64,000 nt of DNA from an uncultured Planctomycetota bacterium (GTDB lineage Bacteria; Planctomycetota; Planctomycetia; Isosphaerales; Isosphaeraceae). The position numbers and the translations under genes were made by a program. Below are positions 26,270-38,186 of the stretch, in pieces. The stretch is from contig CAWJTV010000041.1 of NCBI GenBank assembly GCA_963845755.1, positions 576,001 to 640,000 of the forward strand, given 5' to 3'. The notes under the pieces were generated by a model. The model worked only from the letters and a program-made list of their open reading frames with translations, was not told the DNA's origin and made no database searches. Position 1 is the first letter of the stretch, and each line of letters opens with the position of its first letter.

Positions 26270-27552
26270 AGAATCCAATATAATAAGGACTTGCATCAGG
26301 AATTCTTCGTTCCAGCCGCAACTGCGGCGTTTCATGGCGACGCTCGTGCGGTCGGGATGCTGCTTCAGGAGCGACAAGCGTGAAGCGATTGCAGCCAGGC
26401 GAAGTTCTCCCGCAGCGTCTTCTCCCGGATCCGCGACTCGTCCTCGCGATAGGTCAAATCGAGGACTCCAATGGCAGCTATTCTCGATACCCCAATGGCT
26501 GCGGACCGCCTGCGCAAAACGCTTCACGCCCATGCCCAAGCTGCTGATGTAATAGCGGACCTCGACGGTCTCTTTCCCGTCGCGGATGCACATCGAGGTC
26601 ACCACGCCGATCGTCTTCAGCCCCTTCCACAGCCCGAACCCCGGCAGGCCCTCGGGGGCCGGCATCTGGAGATACGTGCGCGTCTCCTCGCGGCCGTGCC
26701 CCTTCTCGGTCGTCACCCTGCTCACTGCGCCCCGGCAAAATCGTTCTCCCACTGTTCGCCGATGTAGTCGATGACCGCCTGATGCAGCGTCTCCTGATTG
26801 CCTTTCAGGGCCAGGACGTAGTCGGCCTTCGCCATCGATGATCTCCGCGGCAATCGCCTTCTGCGCCCCCATCGCGTCGATGGTGATGATCGCCCCCTTG
26901 ATGTCCACCAGCCGCAGGAGTTCGGGGATCGCCGTGATCTCGTTGGATTTCTCGGCGCAGGCCACCTGCCCCAGCGACAGCCCGAACTCGCTGGCCCAGA
27001 CGCTGACCGAATGCAAGGCGCCCAGGCCGTTCTTGCGGTCATGGCTCCGCCGCGCCGTCTTGCCGTCCACCGCGAGGACCGGCTGCTCCACGCCGGTCGC
27101 CGCGGCCGCCGTCGGCGCGCAACGACTCCAGCCAGCTCGGCGAAACAGGCTTGGAAGGCCGCCCGGCTGCAAGGCCATCAGGACGCGGCGAAAGACATCC
27201 TTGCCGCGGGACCCCATCGGGCAAGTCCAGCGCCTGCCACGAGGAACTCCTCCTTGAGGGCGGCCCATTTGGCGATCGCGGTGGGCCCGCCGGCACCGGC
27301 CAGGACCGCCATCAGGGCGATGACGACCACGCTGACCAGCGGATGCTTGCGATTGACCGTGGAGCGCGGGTCCTCCAACTCTTCGAAGTGCCGTGCGACC
27401 TCGTCCAGACCGATCCGCCGAACTTCCGCCATGCCCCATCCTCCGTGGGTAGTCGCAAAGGGATGCGCATGGAGAATGATAGACAAAGGATCACAAAAAG
27501 GAAACGTGGCCCAGTTTGCCCAGTCTAACCAGGGGTTACCGCGCTAGCCCTG
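26270..27552 (-). mobile_element. ISAs1-family insertion sequence; transposase frameshifted and 3'-truncated
   Basis: start 27432 MAEVRR...HFEELEDPR; AVDGKTARRS, KSNEITAIPELL, ITIDAMG, YVLALKGNQ, KGHGREETR, RSHWGIEN; terminal GCGCTAGCCCTG at 27541-27552; the other end is not visible. Confidence 0.88.
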
Positions 27553-27696
27553 AAGGGAATCCGCTCCAGTCGCAGCATCCTACGACTCCGGAGGAGTATG
27601 ATGTCCAGAGATTCCCACGGCGTGGGTGACTCAACGCGGCGTCGCGACGACCACCTAGCGGAGACCAAGGTCGGCAAGGCTGTCCCGTTTCGGCTT

Positions 27697-28700
27697 ATGA
27701 CCCGGACACATGCCGTCCTCCTTGCCTTGTTTCTGCTCGCCCCGTTGATTCCCATGGGCGGGTCAGGTCCAGACCCCACCTTGGAGCTCCACACGGGGCA
27801 CTCGGCCCTGGTTGAGGCGGTGGCGATTACAGAGACGGTGGGCAGATCGCGGCGGCGGCAGAGGATGGCGGCGTGTTCCTTTGGGAAGAAGGCCGAGGCG
27901 GCCAGACGGATCCCTTGGTATGGCCTTCTTGCAGGGTTCTAGCCTGGCCTTTTCAGGGGACGGTGCCATCCTCGCCGCTGGTTGTCGCAATGGCGAGGTC
28001 TGTGCTCTGGGATATCGTCGCGGAGCGGATGCGCGCGACGCTCCGCGATCATGCCGACACCATACGTCTCGCCTCGATTTCTCGCCCGATGGGTCACTCC
28101 TGGCCACCGGGGAGTGCGGACGCGAGCGTCCGACTCTGGAACGTCGCGACGGGAAAGGTAACCTCCGTCGTGCGCGGTCGACGGCCACCCGGTCTGTGAA
28201 GTCGGCTTCTCGCCCGCGGGCGCGTCCTCGCCACGGGGACTTCAGATGGTCAGATGAACGCTCTGGGATGTCGGGATCGGCGAACTCCGAGAACGACATC
28301 AAGTCCGGGCCCACCGCACGGCTGTACTCGCCATGGCGTTCTCACCTGATGGATCGACCCTTGCGTCCGGGGGTTACACGGACGGGGTGAAGCTCTGGGA
28401 CGTGGCGACCGGTCGTGAACGATCCACGCCGCTGGAGGCTGGCGGCTGCATCCGGGCAGTCGGATTCTCAGGCGACGGAGGGATGCTCTAACGTTCTGAA
28501 TGGGTCGGGGAGTCTGCAGCGGTGGGAGGTTGCCGCGGGACATGGGTGAGTCATGTTGCAGGACTCGGGCGGCGTCTGTTCCGCGGCGCTTTCCACCGAC
28601 GCGAGCCGTGTGGTTCTGGGAGGAGTCCACGCGGTTGCGAGGGTTTGGGACCTTGATTCTAAGGCCCCGTAAGGCACGACTTCGAAGAGTGCATGCGCAT
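27697..28700 (+). pseudogene. WD40-repeat protein, heavily frameshifted
   Basis: GHSALVEAVA, LAFSGDGAILAAG, VLWDI, FSPDGSLLATG, VRLWNVATGK pieces in different frames; bounds approximate. Confidence 0.65.
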
Positions 28701-28778
28701 TAGCGCAGAAGCCCTTCCAGGTCAAGACGCCAAGAACACGTGGGTCAAAGGGGAAGCCAAGTTCGGATCACGCGACAG

Positions 28779-30201
28779 TCAGGTCAGCAGCTCCGGTACG
28801 ATCTTGGCCTTGGTGACCTCGGCGTCGGTGAGGCTGTCGAGCCGTCCTTCGTGGGGGTAGGTGAGCTTGCGGTGATCGAGTCCCAGGGCGTGCAGCAGCG
28901 TAGCCTGGAGGTCGTAGACCGTGACGACCTTCTCGACAGACTTGTAGCCGAACTCGTCCGTCGCGCCGTGAGTATACCCAGGCTTGAACCCGCCGCCGGC
29001 CAGCCACAGCGAGAAGCCGTGGCGATTGTGGTCGCGGCCGTCAGTTCCTTGGGAGACTGGCAGTCGGCCGAATTCGCCCGTCCAGAGCACGATCGTCTCG
29101 TCCAGCAGGCCGCGCTGCTTGAGGTCGCGGACCAAGGCGGCGCTTGGTTGGTCCGTCTGCGCACAAAGAGATTCGAGCGTCTTGGCGTTATTGCTGTGCG
29201 TGTCCCATGGCTGGCCGCTGAGGAAAAGTTGAACGAACCGTACACCCCGCTCGACCAGGCGCCGGGCCATCAGGCAGCGGGTGCCGTACTCGCGCGTGGC
29301 CGGGCGGTCCAGCCCGTACATCCGCCGGGTGGCCTCGGTTTCTTGTGACAGGTCCAGAGCCTCGGGGACGGCGGTCTGCATCGCGGCGGCGACCTCGAAG
29401 TTGGCGATCCGCGCTTCCAGCTCGCCGTTGCCGGGGTGCCGCTTCAGGTGGATGCGGTTCAGTTCGTCGAGGAATTCCAGCCGCCCCGCGCGGGCCTCGG
29501 GCGTGACGCCCGGCGGCGTCTTCAGGTGGAGTACCGGCGCATCGCCCGATCGGAACGGTGTCCCCTGGTAAACCGCCGGCAGCCAGCCGCTCGACCAGTT
29601 CCGAATGCCGTCGACTGGCAGCCCGCCCGGGTCCGACAGCACGACGTAAGCCGGCAGATTGCGGTTCTCCGTCCCTAGGCCGTAGACAACCCATGAGCCC
29701 CAAACCGGCCGGCCCGCCGCGAACTTCCCGCTGTGGATCAACCGCAAGGCCGACTCGTGATCCACGGAATCGGTTGAACATCGAACGAATCATCGTCAGG
29801 TCGTCGACGATCCCTGAAAGATGCGGCATCAGATCGCTGAGCACCATGCCCGATCCGCCGTGCGGCCGGAACCGGAACGGCGAGGCCAGGAGCTTCCCCG
29901 CCTGCGTGTTGAAGTGGATCTCGAGCTGGCCGGGATACGGCTTGCCGTGATGCTTCGAGAGCATGGGCTTGGGGTCGAAGAGATCCATCTGGCTCGGTCC
30001 GCCGTGCTGGAACAGGCAGATGACCGAGCGGGCGCGAGCGCGCGGTTTCGCGATTGGCTCGCCGTCGGACGCACGCGATTCGCCCTCCAGCAGGCTCGCC
30101 AGGGCCAGCGTCCCGATCGCCCCGGCATAACGGGCCAGGAACGCCCGGCGCGGGATCGCGAACGGAGAGGTATCGTCGGGTCGGATCAGTTTTGTGCTCA
30201 T
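28779..30201 (-). CDS. DUF1501 protein (one frameshift ~29770)
   Basis: Tat-like RRAFL; FQHGGPSQMDLFDPKP, ARRLVERGVRFVQ, WDTH, GEFGRLP, GRDHN. Confidence 0.92.
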
Positions 30202-30207
30202 TATAAT

Positions 30208-32672
30208 TTACTCGACATACAAAAATGCGTCGCTGGCCAGCAGCATCTGGCAGAGGTCGGCCCAGGCGCGACGGCGGGCATCGAGGTCGGCCAGGCCGGG
30301 ATACCGGGCCGGCTGCGCCTGGAGGAACCGCCGACTGGCCTCGCGTTCGTCCCGGCTCGGTCCGCGGCCGGTGACGAGTTCGAACGCCCGCGTGATGCGG
30401 GCGTCGGTCTCGTCGGAGACGTGGCGGCCTGAACCGCAGTCTTGCTCCAGCCGCTCGGCGAGCTTCCGGGCGCGGGCCACGACGAACTCGGAGTTGAGCA
30501 GGCTGAGCGATTGTAGGGGGATGGTCGAGGGGAGCCGGCGGGTGCAGGTCGTGACGATGGAGGGCGCGTCGAAGACGTCGAGCATGCTGGCGATCTGGGT
30601 GCGCCGCTGCTGGAGATAGACCGAGCGCCGGGTCGCGCCGGGGGTCGACTCCGGCACGACGACCTCGCCGGAATGCGCCCGATCGGTCGGGACGTACGGA
30701 CCGCCGAGTCGGTCGTCCAGCTCGCCGGAGGCGGCGAGCATCGCGTCGCGGATGGCCTCGGCGTCGAGCCTCCTGAGGGGGTAATTCGCGAGCAGATGGT
30801 TGTCGGGATCGACACGCGAGGCTACGGGTTCCGGGCGCGGGCGCTCGACTGGCGATAGACTGTCGATGACACGATCAGGCGGTGCAGCGCCTTGGCGCTC
30901 CAGCCCGATCGCGCCAGCTCGTCGGCGAGGAAATCGAGTAATTCGGGGTGAGTCGGCGGCGAACCGGAGTAACCCAGGTTGTCGGATGTGGCGACCAGGC
31001 CGTCGCCAAAGTGATGCTGCCAGATCCGATTGACCAGCACCCGCGCGAGCAACGCCGATGGGCGGGACCCCGGCTTCGTCAGCCAGCGTGCAAAGGCCAG
31101 CCGCCGGCCGGTCGAGATCGAGCCCGTCGTGGGCGGCTTGGCGTAGTAGCGGTTGTCGGGATCGGTCAAGAAGGCTGGGACATCGGGGCCGACCTTGGGA
31201 CCGGGCGTGGCGGGGTTGCCCCGGATCAGGATCGGGGCGCCGTCGGGATTGCTCGACACATCGCCGACCCAGGCGATCCGGGCGGGATTCGGGCGCCGAC
31301 GGCCTTCCAGGGTCTCGATCAATGGCTTGAGCGCCTCCCTCTTTTTCTTCCGCGTCTCCTTCGTACCGTCGGCGAACGATCGCTTCAGTGAGGCGATCTC
31401 GGCGGAGATTCTCTTGTCGTCGACCTCCCAGCGCGACAGCTCCTCGCGCGGGCCGGCGATCGCCATGCGATCGTTCGGCTTGACCCAGTGCTCGATGTTG
31501 AGCGCCGGGTAGAGGATCGCCTGGAGCTGGTAGTACTCCTTCTGGGTGACCAGCTCGAACTTGTGATCGTGGCACTTGGTACACTGGAGTGTCAGTCCCA
31601 GCATCGACGAGCCGATGATCTGGACCGTGCCCTCGAGAACGGCGTACTTGTCGACGCGGACCTCGTCCGGGTTGCCGTCGCTCTCGCCGGTGCCGTCCTG
31701 GGAATTGCGCAAGAAGTGGGTGGCGACCAGTTGATCGACCACTTCGGGTGGAGTGCCCGGGCCACGACGATCTCCGGCCAGCTCATCTCCGGCCAGTTGC
31801 TCGCGGACGATCTGGTCGAGCGGTCGATCGGCGTGGAACGCGCGAATGATGTAATCGCGATAGCGGTAGGCGAGCGGCCGGTCGGAATCGGCGCTAAAGT
31901 ACCCGTTGGAATCGGCGTATCCCGAGGCATCCAGCCAGTGTTTGCCCCAGCGCTCGGCATATCGGGGCGATGCCAGCAGGCGATCGACTGATCGTTCATA
32001 AGCGTCCGGGGCCGGGTCGTCGACGAACGCGGCGATCGCCTCGGGCTCTGGCGGCAGGCCGGTCAGGTCGAAGGTGAGGCGGCGGATCAAGGTCCTGCGA
32101 TCGGCCTCAGGGCCGAGGGTCAACCCGCGCTCCTCGAGCGCCCGCTGGATGAAGCGGTCGACCGGGGTGCGGATGCGGCTTCGGTCCTGGACGGGAGGCG
32201 GAACCGGGCGATTCGGCGCGGCGAATGCCCAATGGTCGGCGCCGGGTGCGGTCCTGGCCAATGTACCGACGTCCGGCAGGCCCTCGGCACCGTGTTCGAT
32301 CCATCGGCGGAGGATCGCCTTCTCGTCGCTCGAGAGTGCCTCCTCTGGCTTCGGCGGCATCTCGTCGCTGGAGACCAGGTCCCAGAGCGGGCTCTCGTCC
32401 AGATTCCCCGCCACCACGGCCGCCCCGTTCGATCCGCCCCGGGCCATCGATCGTGGGTTGCTCAGGTTGAGCTTCCCCTTGGGCTTGATCGGCCCGTGGC
32501 ATTTCACGCAGCGTGCCTTGAGCAACGGCAGGATCTCACGGTCGAGGCTCGGGCGCGCGTGGGCGTCGCCGCCGCGCGCCGGTACGCCCGTCAGCAGGAG
32601 CGTCGCGACCGCCACGATGCGTGCGAGATTCCGCCTCCTTCCCGCTTTCCGGATCATCTTGATACCGATCAT
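30208..32672 (-). CDS. planctomycete cytochrome c / DUF1549 / DUF1553 (PSD1) protein (frameshift ~30830)
   Basis: CVKCH and CTKCH heme motifs; HWAF, RRLTFDLTGLPP, ERWGKHWLD, VNRIWQHHFG, RRLDAEAIRDAML. Confidence 0.92.
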
Positions 32673-32774
32673 CAGCCCCCCCCGCGATGCGTCCAACCCA
32701 CCGGCCACCTATCGGTTATTATGGGGGGAGTTCGGGCGTGTCTACAACCCGAGAGGTCGAGGTTCGTGCGCCGG

Positions 32775-33368
32775 TCACTTCACGATGCGTGCCGTACCGT
32801 CCTCGGCGACCTCGATATCGATGGTGTTCGAGCCGCTCGCAACATCCACCTCCAAGCCCGATTCCTCGGGCACTCCGAGCTTCTTGGGCGTCACATAGCG
32901 GTAGGCTCGTCCTCCGCGATCGCTGAACGTGTCTCCCGTCGCCTCGGCCCCGGCTTTCCGAGGCGGGGGACGGCGCGACTGATCGAGGGCCTTGGCCCGG
33001 TTCTTCATGAACTCCAGGGGCGCCTGATCGGGGGTGGGCAAGGGCTTATCACCGTCCTTGGTGACCGGCGTCGGATCGAGGCCGACGACGGAGATCTTGT
33101 GGTGGCCCACCAGAGCGCCATCACCTCCTTCGTCGGTGGAGAGGATATAGGTGCCGTCGCTCTTGATGGTCCCTGTCGCGATAGGGCCGTCGGACCCCTT
33201 CGAGGCGTCCGGCACGAAGGAGACGGTTCCGAACTTCACGGGCTCGCCCTTGTAGGTCACCTTCCCCTGGACGCGGCCGAGCGTCATTCCGTGGCCCGGA
33301 CCGCAGCCGGCCAGGGCTGCCGCCAGCAGCCCAGGCGCATACCATGGCAATCGCCATCGTTTCTGCAT
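32775..33368 (-). CDS. DUF1559-associated lipoprotein (carboxypeptidase-regulatory-like fold)
   Basis: lipobox LAGC; VQGKVTYKGEP, GTVSFVP, DGTYIL, GALVGHHKISV. Confidence 0.85.
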   Translation of the reverse strand: MQKRWRLPWYAPGLLAAALAGCGPGHGMTLGRVQGKVTYKGEPVKFGTVSFVPDASKGSDGPIATGTIKSDGTYILSTDEGGDGALVGHHKISVVGLDPTPVTKDGDKPLPTPDQAPLEFMKNRAKALDQSRRPPPRKAGAEATGDTFSDRGGRAYRYVTPKKLGVPEESGLEVDVASGSNTIDIEVAEDGTARIVK

Positions 33369-33401
33369 CGCGATCTCCCTCACCTCGTTTGTGGTGCCCA
33401 C

Positions 33402-34454
33402 TCAGTACGAATCCGACGAGATGATCTCGCCACCGGCCCGCGAGCCCAGCGCGTTATACGGGCGCGGGCTGATCGATTGCTTGACGAACCGGACCGAGCC
33501 GTCGGCCATCGCGAAGTTTCCGCCGCCCGGGTGCTTGCTCTTGAAGCCGTAGTTGTAGGTCTGGTTGCGGAAACAATGCGGTGTCGTAATCACGTTGAGG
33601 GCGCCGATGTTGCAGGTCGTCCCGTTGACGTCGATCTGGCCGTCCTGGAGGTTGGTCCGCCAGTTCAACGGGATGGCCGTCGATGAGTAGATCCCGTCAC
33701 CGTTGGTCCAGAGCAGGGATCCGTTGTAATAGGGCGAGTTCTCACCGACCAGGAAGGTGTTGCTCGTGCCGTCGGTCACGGCGGCGATCGTCACTACGGC
33801 GCCGTTGCTGCAATCGCCGAACATGCCGCGGAACGTGTTATTGCATCCCCATGACTGGGCCCCGTTGATGAGGGGGTCGCCGGTGTATTGATCGAAGATC
33901 GGGTTACCCACCCGCATATCGCCCCAGTTCGCCACGTAGCAGATCACCGCCCCGGTGAAGTTATTCGCGCCATTGGCGATCTGGGTGGTCGAGACCCAGT
34001 TCAAGTTGGTGAAGAGCTTGAGGGTATCATCCGACGGGCATTGGTACGTGTTGATGATCGTGAGGTAGACCGTGGAGTTCTCGGGGCTGGTGTCGCCGCC
34101 GGAGTTGTTGTCCCAGGTGAGCAGCCCGTGCGCCGAGAAGTTGATCGAATTGTAGAGCGGTCCCATCTCCATGTCGGGCAGGATGTACGCCGCCCACGGC
34201 CACCAGGGGCCCGACCACAAGCCACCGGGAGAGTTGCTGCCGCCGGCGAGAGAACCGGGCGGGAAGCTTCCCACGTTGCTGACGTAGTTGTGCATCGCCA
34301 GGCCGATCTGCTTCAGGTTGTTGGTACACTGGGCGCGCCGCGCCGCCTCCCGCGCCGCCTGGACCGCCGGCAAGAGCAGCGCGATCAGGACCGCGATGAT
34401 CGCGATCACCACCAGGAGCTCGATCAACGTAAAGCCGCCTCGTCGCAAACGCAT
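33402..34454 (-). CDS. DUF1559 prepilin-type protein
   Basis: [56 protein letters not shown]. Confidence 0.95.
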   Translation of the reverse strand: MRLRRGGFTLIELLVVIAIIAVLIALLLPAVQAAREAARRAQCTNNLKQIGLAMHNYVSNVGSFPPGSLAGGSNSPGGLWSGPWWPWAAYILPDMEMGPLYNSINFSAHGLLTWDNNSGGDTSPENSTVYLTIINTYQCPSDDTLKLFTNLNWVSTTQIANGANNFTGAVICYVANWGDMRVGNPIFDQYTGDPLINGAQSWGCNNTFRGMFGDCSNGAVVTIAAVTDGTSNTFLVGENSPYYNGSLLWTNGDGIYSSTAIPLNWRTNLQDGQIDVNGTTCNIGALNVITTPHCFRNQTYNYGFKSKHPGGGNFAMADGSVRFVKQSISPRPYNALGSRAGGEIISSDSY

Positions 34455-34893
34455 CGTTCGCCTCCTCCGCGATTGCGGGGATGAGGGAGATGAAGATAAG
34501 AGACTGATCGGACACGTTTGGCCATGATCAGGAGAGATCCGACATCGTCGCCTTGTGCTCGCGTGGCGAGGTCTTCGCCAGTAACTCACCCCCGAGGCGA
34601 CCTCGCTTCGGCGGACATCGAAACTCGGAGCTGTTCCCACATCCCAACCCGAATGTCCAGCAATCCTCCGTCGCGTGAGATGAGTCTGGAGATCGGCCTG
34701 GAGAATCCTGACAAGCATGAAGTCATCTGAGGATGCGGAGACTCTCGACGACCGATTCCGACCGGAGCCATCCACGCTGCTTCTTGGGGTCTTCGGGAAC
34801 TCTCGAAACTCTAACGAGATCATGCGAAGATAGGCAACAAAAAATTTTAAAATCCCCAGGCGCAGGAGTTCTTTGGGATCGGAGGACCCTTTC

Positions 34894-35286
34894 ATGGCAC
34901 TGGCACACATCACGCTAGCGACCCGCGATGTGCGGCGGTCGACGGCCTTCTTCGAGGAAACACTAGGTTGGCAGCCTCTGGCCCGGCCGAACAACATCGG
35001 CCGGCCGGCCGCCTGGCTGGCGATCGCTCCGGGGGTGGAGCTGCACCTGATCGAGGACCCCGAGTTCGAACCCTCGCCGTTCGAACGCGAGTACGGCCGG
35101 CACGTCGCCATCACCGTCCCGCTTGATGAGTTCCCGGCGCTCCAGGAGCGACTGAAAGCCCACGGCGCGACGCTCATGGACCCCCTGCGCGGCACGCCGT
35201 TCCAGCGGTTCTTCTTCCGCAGCCCGGACGGATACGTCTTCGAAGTCGTCGAAGACGATCACCACGAGCCAAGATCCCTGACTTGA
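34894..35286 (+). CDS. VOC/glyoxalase family protein
   Basis: [42 protein letters not shown]. Confidence 0.88.
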   Translation: MALAHITLATRDVRRSTAFFEETLGWQPLARPNNIGRPAAWLAIAPGVELHLIEDPEFEPSPFEREYGRHVAITVPLDEFPALQERLKAHGATLMDPLRGTPFQRFFFRSPDGYVFEVVEDDHHEPRSLT

Positions 35287-35350
35287 CGTTGGACCAGGCA
35301 GCCTCCTTACAGTCTTCCTCCGTAGGATCCCTGCGCCTCCGCGCCTCTGG

Positions 35351-35432
35351 GGATTCCGAATTCCGGATTCGAGATTCCCGATTCCCGGATCATTCCCCTT
35401 CGGGAATCCGGAATCGCGAATCGGGAATCCCG
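35351..35432. repeat. inverted clusters of degenerate heptamer repeats (GATTCCn / nGGAATC)
   Basis: ggattccgaattccggattcgagattcccgattcccgg...cgggaatccggaatcgcgaatcgggaatcc; similar heptamer tracts at ~1602-1750, 7431-7503 and 8028-8089. Confidence 0.65.
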
Positions 35433-35491
35433 ATGGGGTTGCGGCCGAGGAACGCTGACGAAACAACTTCCCGGAATCGGACCAGCCCTAA

Positions 35492-35611
35492 CTCGTTCCG
35501 ACGCTCTGCGTGGGAATGCCTTCTTCGACGCTCTGCGTCGCGGCCTTCGGCCCCGCCCGTGGGACGCGGAGCGTCCCGGACGGCATTCCCACGCGGAGCA
35601 TTGGGAACGAG
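35492..35611. repeat. REPIN/MITE-like nested palindromic element
   Basis: CTCGTTCCGACGCTCTGCGTGGGAATGCC...GACGCTCTGCGTC...GACGCGGAGCGTC...GGCATTCCCACGCGGAGCATTGGGAACGAG, between convergent genes. Confidence 0.8.
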
Positions 35612-35652
35612 GGGAAATCGGGAGGTTGTTTCGTCAGCGTTCCAAGGCCGCG

Positions 35653-35949
35653 TTAGGGCTTCTTGGGCTCCGCGGGCGGTGGCGTGGAGGAAGTATCCGG
35701 CTTGATCACCGGCGAAGCCAGATCGTGCTGCAGGTCCTGCTCGAGCTTCGACGACTTCCCGGGTTCGACGGGGTTCGTCTGAGGTGGCACCGGCGGCGCC
35801 GGCGGTCGAGACGGTCCGGCGTTGGGTAACGGGCTGATCGGGGCGCTCGTCGGTGCCGATTCCTCCGGGGCACAGCCGGAGGCGACCATGGAGGCGACCA
35901 CCAGGGCCGGTAGAGTCAACCAGGCTTTCCGATTCGTTCTGACCGACAT
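35653..35949 (-). CDS. small Pro-rich lipoprotein
   Basis: VASGC lipobox; AGGAG RBS. Confidence 0.7.
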   Translation of the reverse strand: MSVRTNRKAWLTLPALVVASMVASGCAPEESAPTSAPISPLPNAGPSRPPAPPVPPQTNPVEPGKSSKLEQDLQHDLASPVIKPDTSSTPPPAEPKKP

Positions 35950-36089
35950 GGGTTTTCTCCTATCAAAGCGTGATGAAGATTCCCTGCCGGTCACTTTCCT
36001 GCACGATGCGTGCCTCCGAGGTTGGAAATACCGCGCAATCCGGGGACCAGGGGGTACGCCTGCTTCCTTCCCCGTCCGGTTGACTCTTC

Positions 36090-36653
36090 TTAGCGACCCA
36101 CCCCCAGCGAATCCGCCACGCGGTTGATGTAGTTGAACCACGACGCGATCAGGGTGATCTGGAGTATGGCGCGGTCGTCGAAGCCCGAGGCGCGGAGCCG
36201 CTCATGGTCATCCGGCGAGACCCTGGTCGCATCCTTGGTGAGCTTGACGACGTAATCGATCATGACCCGCTCCTGATCGGTGATCGGAGCCTTCGTGTAA
36301 TCCTCGCGAAGCGCCTGGACGAGGTCGTCGTCCAGGGTGACCCGACGCAGAAACTCTGCGTGTGAGACAATTCAGTAATGACACTTGTTCGTGAGCGAGA
36401 CCATGGTCGCGATCATCTCATGCTGCCGGCGCCGGAGCGGCAGGTCCGGCGACATGAGGGAGCCGAATGTGGCGAACGCGTGGTAGAGCGCCTGCGGGAT
36501 CAAGGAGTGTGAGGCGACGATCCCCGGCAGGCCCTGGTCGAGCTCCTGCACGGGCTGCGCATATTCCGGGGGATAGAGCGTGCGCTGATCGGCCATCGCC
36601 TTGAGTACTGCGTCATCCTCGCCGTCCAACGGAGTTGTTCGAATCCAGGCCAT
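36090..36653 (-). CDS. AhpD/CMD-family selenoprotein (CHYU), UGA at 36372-36374, 187 aa
   Basis: [28 protein letters not shown]...[15 protein letters not shown] continues in frame; hairpin ACGCAGA-GTT-TCTGCGT 10 nt after UGA. Confidence 0.85.
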
Positions 36654-36679
36654 GAGTGGAAACCCCTCTCCGGTTCAGT

Positions 36680-38113
36680 TCAAAGGTCGGTGAAGGCGGT
36701 CGCCGCGGAAGATTCCTCGCCCGATCCCTTTGGCAGGCGATCAGCCGCGCCGGCCGGCGGTCGCCGCGACATGACCCATGCGGCGACGGGCACTCCCAGC
36801 AGGACGACGGCGAACCCGATCCCGACGCGCCGGGGATCGCGCAGAGTCTGCAGGAGGATCACGATCACGATCGGGACGAGGGCCAGCAGGAGCGTAACGG
36901 GATAGCCGGGCACGGACAAGGGGGTCTTCGTCAGCCGGCGTGCGCGGCGTTGGAGGACGAAGACCCCGGCCAGGGCGAGCGCCAGGAAGGCCAGGGTCGG
37001 GACCATGAAATAATCGAGGATCTGTTCGAACGTGCCGGTCAAGGTGAGCACGCAGGCCAGCGCGGACTGGATCGCGATGGCCCGCAGGGGAGTCCCCCAG
37101 CGCGGGTCGATCGCGGCGATGGTGGGGAAGAACAATCCATCTCGCGCCATCGCGTAATACACGCGCGGGAATGCCATGAGGACCGCGGCCAGGCTGCCGG
37201 CCACCGAGGCGACCACGCCGGCCGCGAAGAGGATCTCCCCTGTGCCGCCGAAGAGGGCCCGGCCGGCCAGGGCCGCGAACGCCGCCCGGTCCTGGTCCGT
37301 CGTGATCTGGTCCGGCGCGACCAGATAGAGGAACACCACACTGACGGCAATGTAGACCATCGTGACGATCGACACGCCCAGCACCAATGCGCGGGGCATG
37401 GTGCGTTCGGGATCGCGGACCTCGCCCGCGATCTTGCTGGCATCCCACCAGCCCGCGATCGAGATGAAGGCCAGGATCAGGCCGCCGCCCAGGGCCGTCA
37501 GCGGCGGGTCCGAGCCGGCTCGCTGGGTCCAGAACGGCGTCAGGTTCGACCAGTCGCCGCCGCCGGAAGCGAAGCCCCAGACGACGAGGAAACCGAGCAG
37601 GCCCAGCTTCAACCCCGTCAAGGCGCGGAGGACCCCCGAGCCCAGCGCGATGCCCACCATGTTGAACGCGGCCAGGCCCACGATCGCGGCGATGGCCACC
37701 GCCTTCAGTGCCCAGCCGGAGAGCGGTGCCAGGTGCGCGACGTAGTCCGCCAGGCCGACGGCCAGCATCGCGGTCAAACCCGGGTCGGTGACCAGCATCG
37801 AGAGCCACCCGTAGAGGAAGGCCGTGCGCGGTCCGAACGCTTCTCTCAGATAAACGTAGACCCCGCCGGCCTCGGGATAGCGCGCCGCCAGGCCGCCGAA
37901 GCACAGGGCCCCGCCGATGGCGCTGATCCCCATCGCCAGCCAGACCGCCACGATCCATGTTGGCGAGCCCAGCGACTTTGCCATCCCGGCCGGCGCCAGG
38001 AAGATCCCCACGCCGATCACCTCGCCCACGACCAGGGCGGTCGCGGTCGCCAGGCCGAGTCGACGCGCCAGGTCCCGCTTCGGCGCGATGGTATCGTCCG
38101 TCTGGTTGTCCAT
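36680..38113 (-). CDS. APC-family amino acid permease
   Basis: VIGVGIFLAP, PEAGGVYVYLREAFG, GEVRDPERTMPRAL, PRVYYAMARDG, VPGYP; ~12 TM. Confidence 0.92.
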   Translation of the reverse strand: MDNQTDDTIAPKRDLARRLGLATATALVVGEVIGVGIFLAPAGMAKSLGSPTWIVAVWLAMGISAIGGALCFGGLAARYPEAGGVYVYLREAFGPRTAFLYGWLSMLVTDPGLTAMLAVGLADYVAHLAPLSGWALKAVAIAAIVGLAAFNMVGIALGSGVLRALTGLKLGLLGFLVVWGFASGGGDWSNLTPFWTQRAGSDPPLTALGGGLILAFISIAGWWDASKIAGEVRDPERTMPRALVLGVSIVTMVYIAVSVVFLYLVAPDQITTDQDRAAFAALAGRALFGGTGEILFAAGVVASVAGSLAAVLMAFPRVYYAMARDGLFFPTIAAIDPRWGTPLRAIAIQSALACVLTLTGTFEQILDYFMVPTLAFLALALAGVFVLQRRARRLTKTPLSVPGYPVTLLLALVPIVIVILLQTLRDPRRVGIGFAVVLLGVPVAAWVMSRRPPAGAADRLPKGSGEESSAATAFTDL

Positions 38114-38186
38114 GATCCGTCATCCGGAAGAGATGCTCCCGGCCCTCGCCTCGTCGGGGCGGGTTCCGAGAGCATCGATCGTTCAT

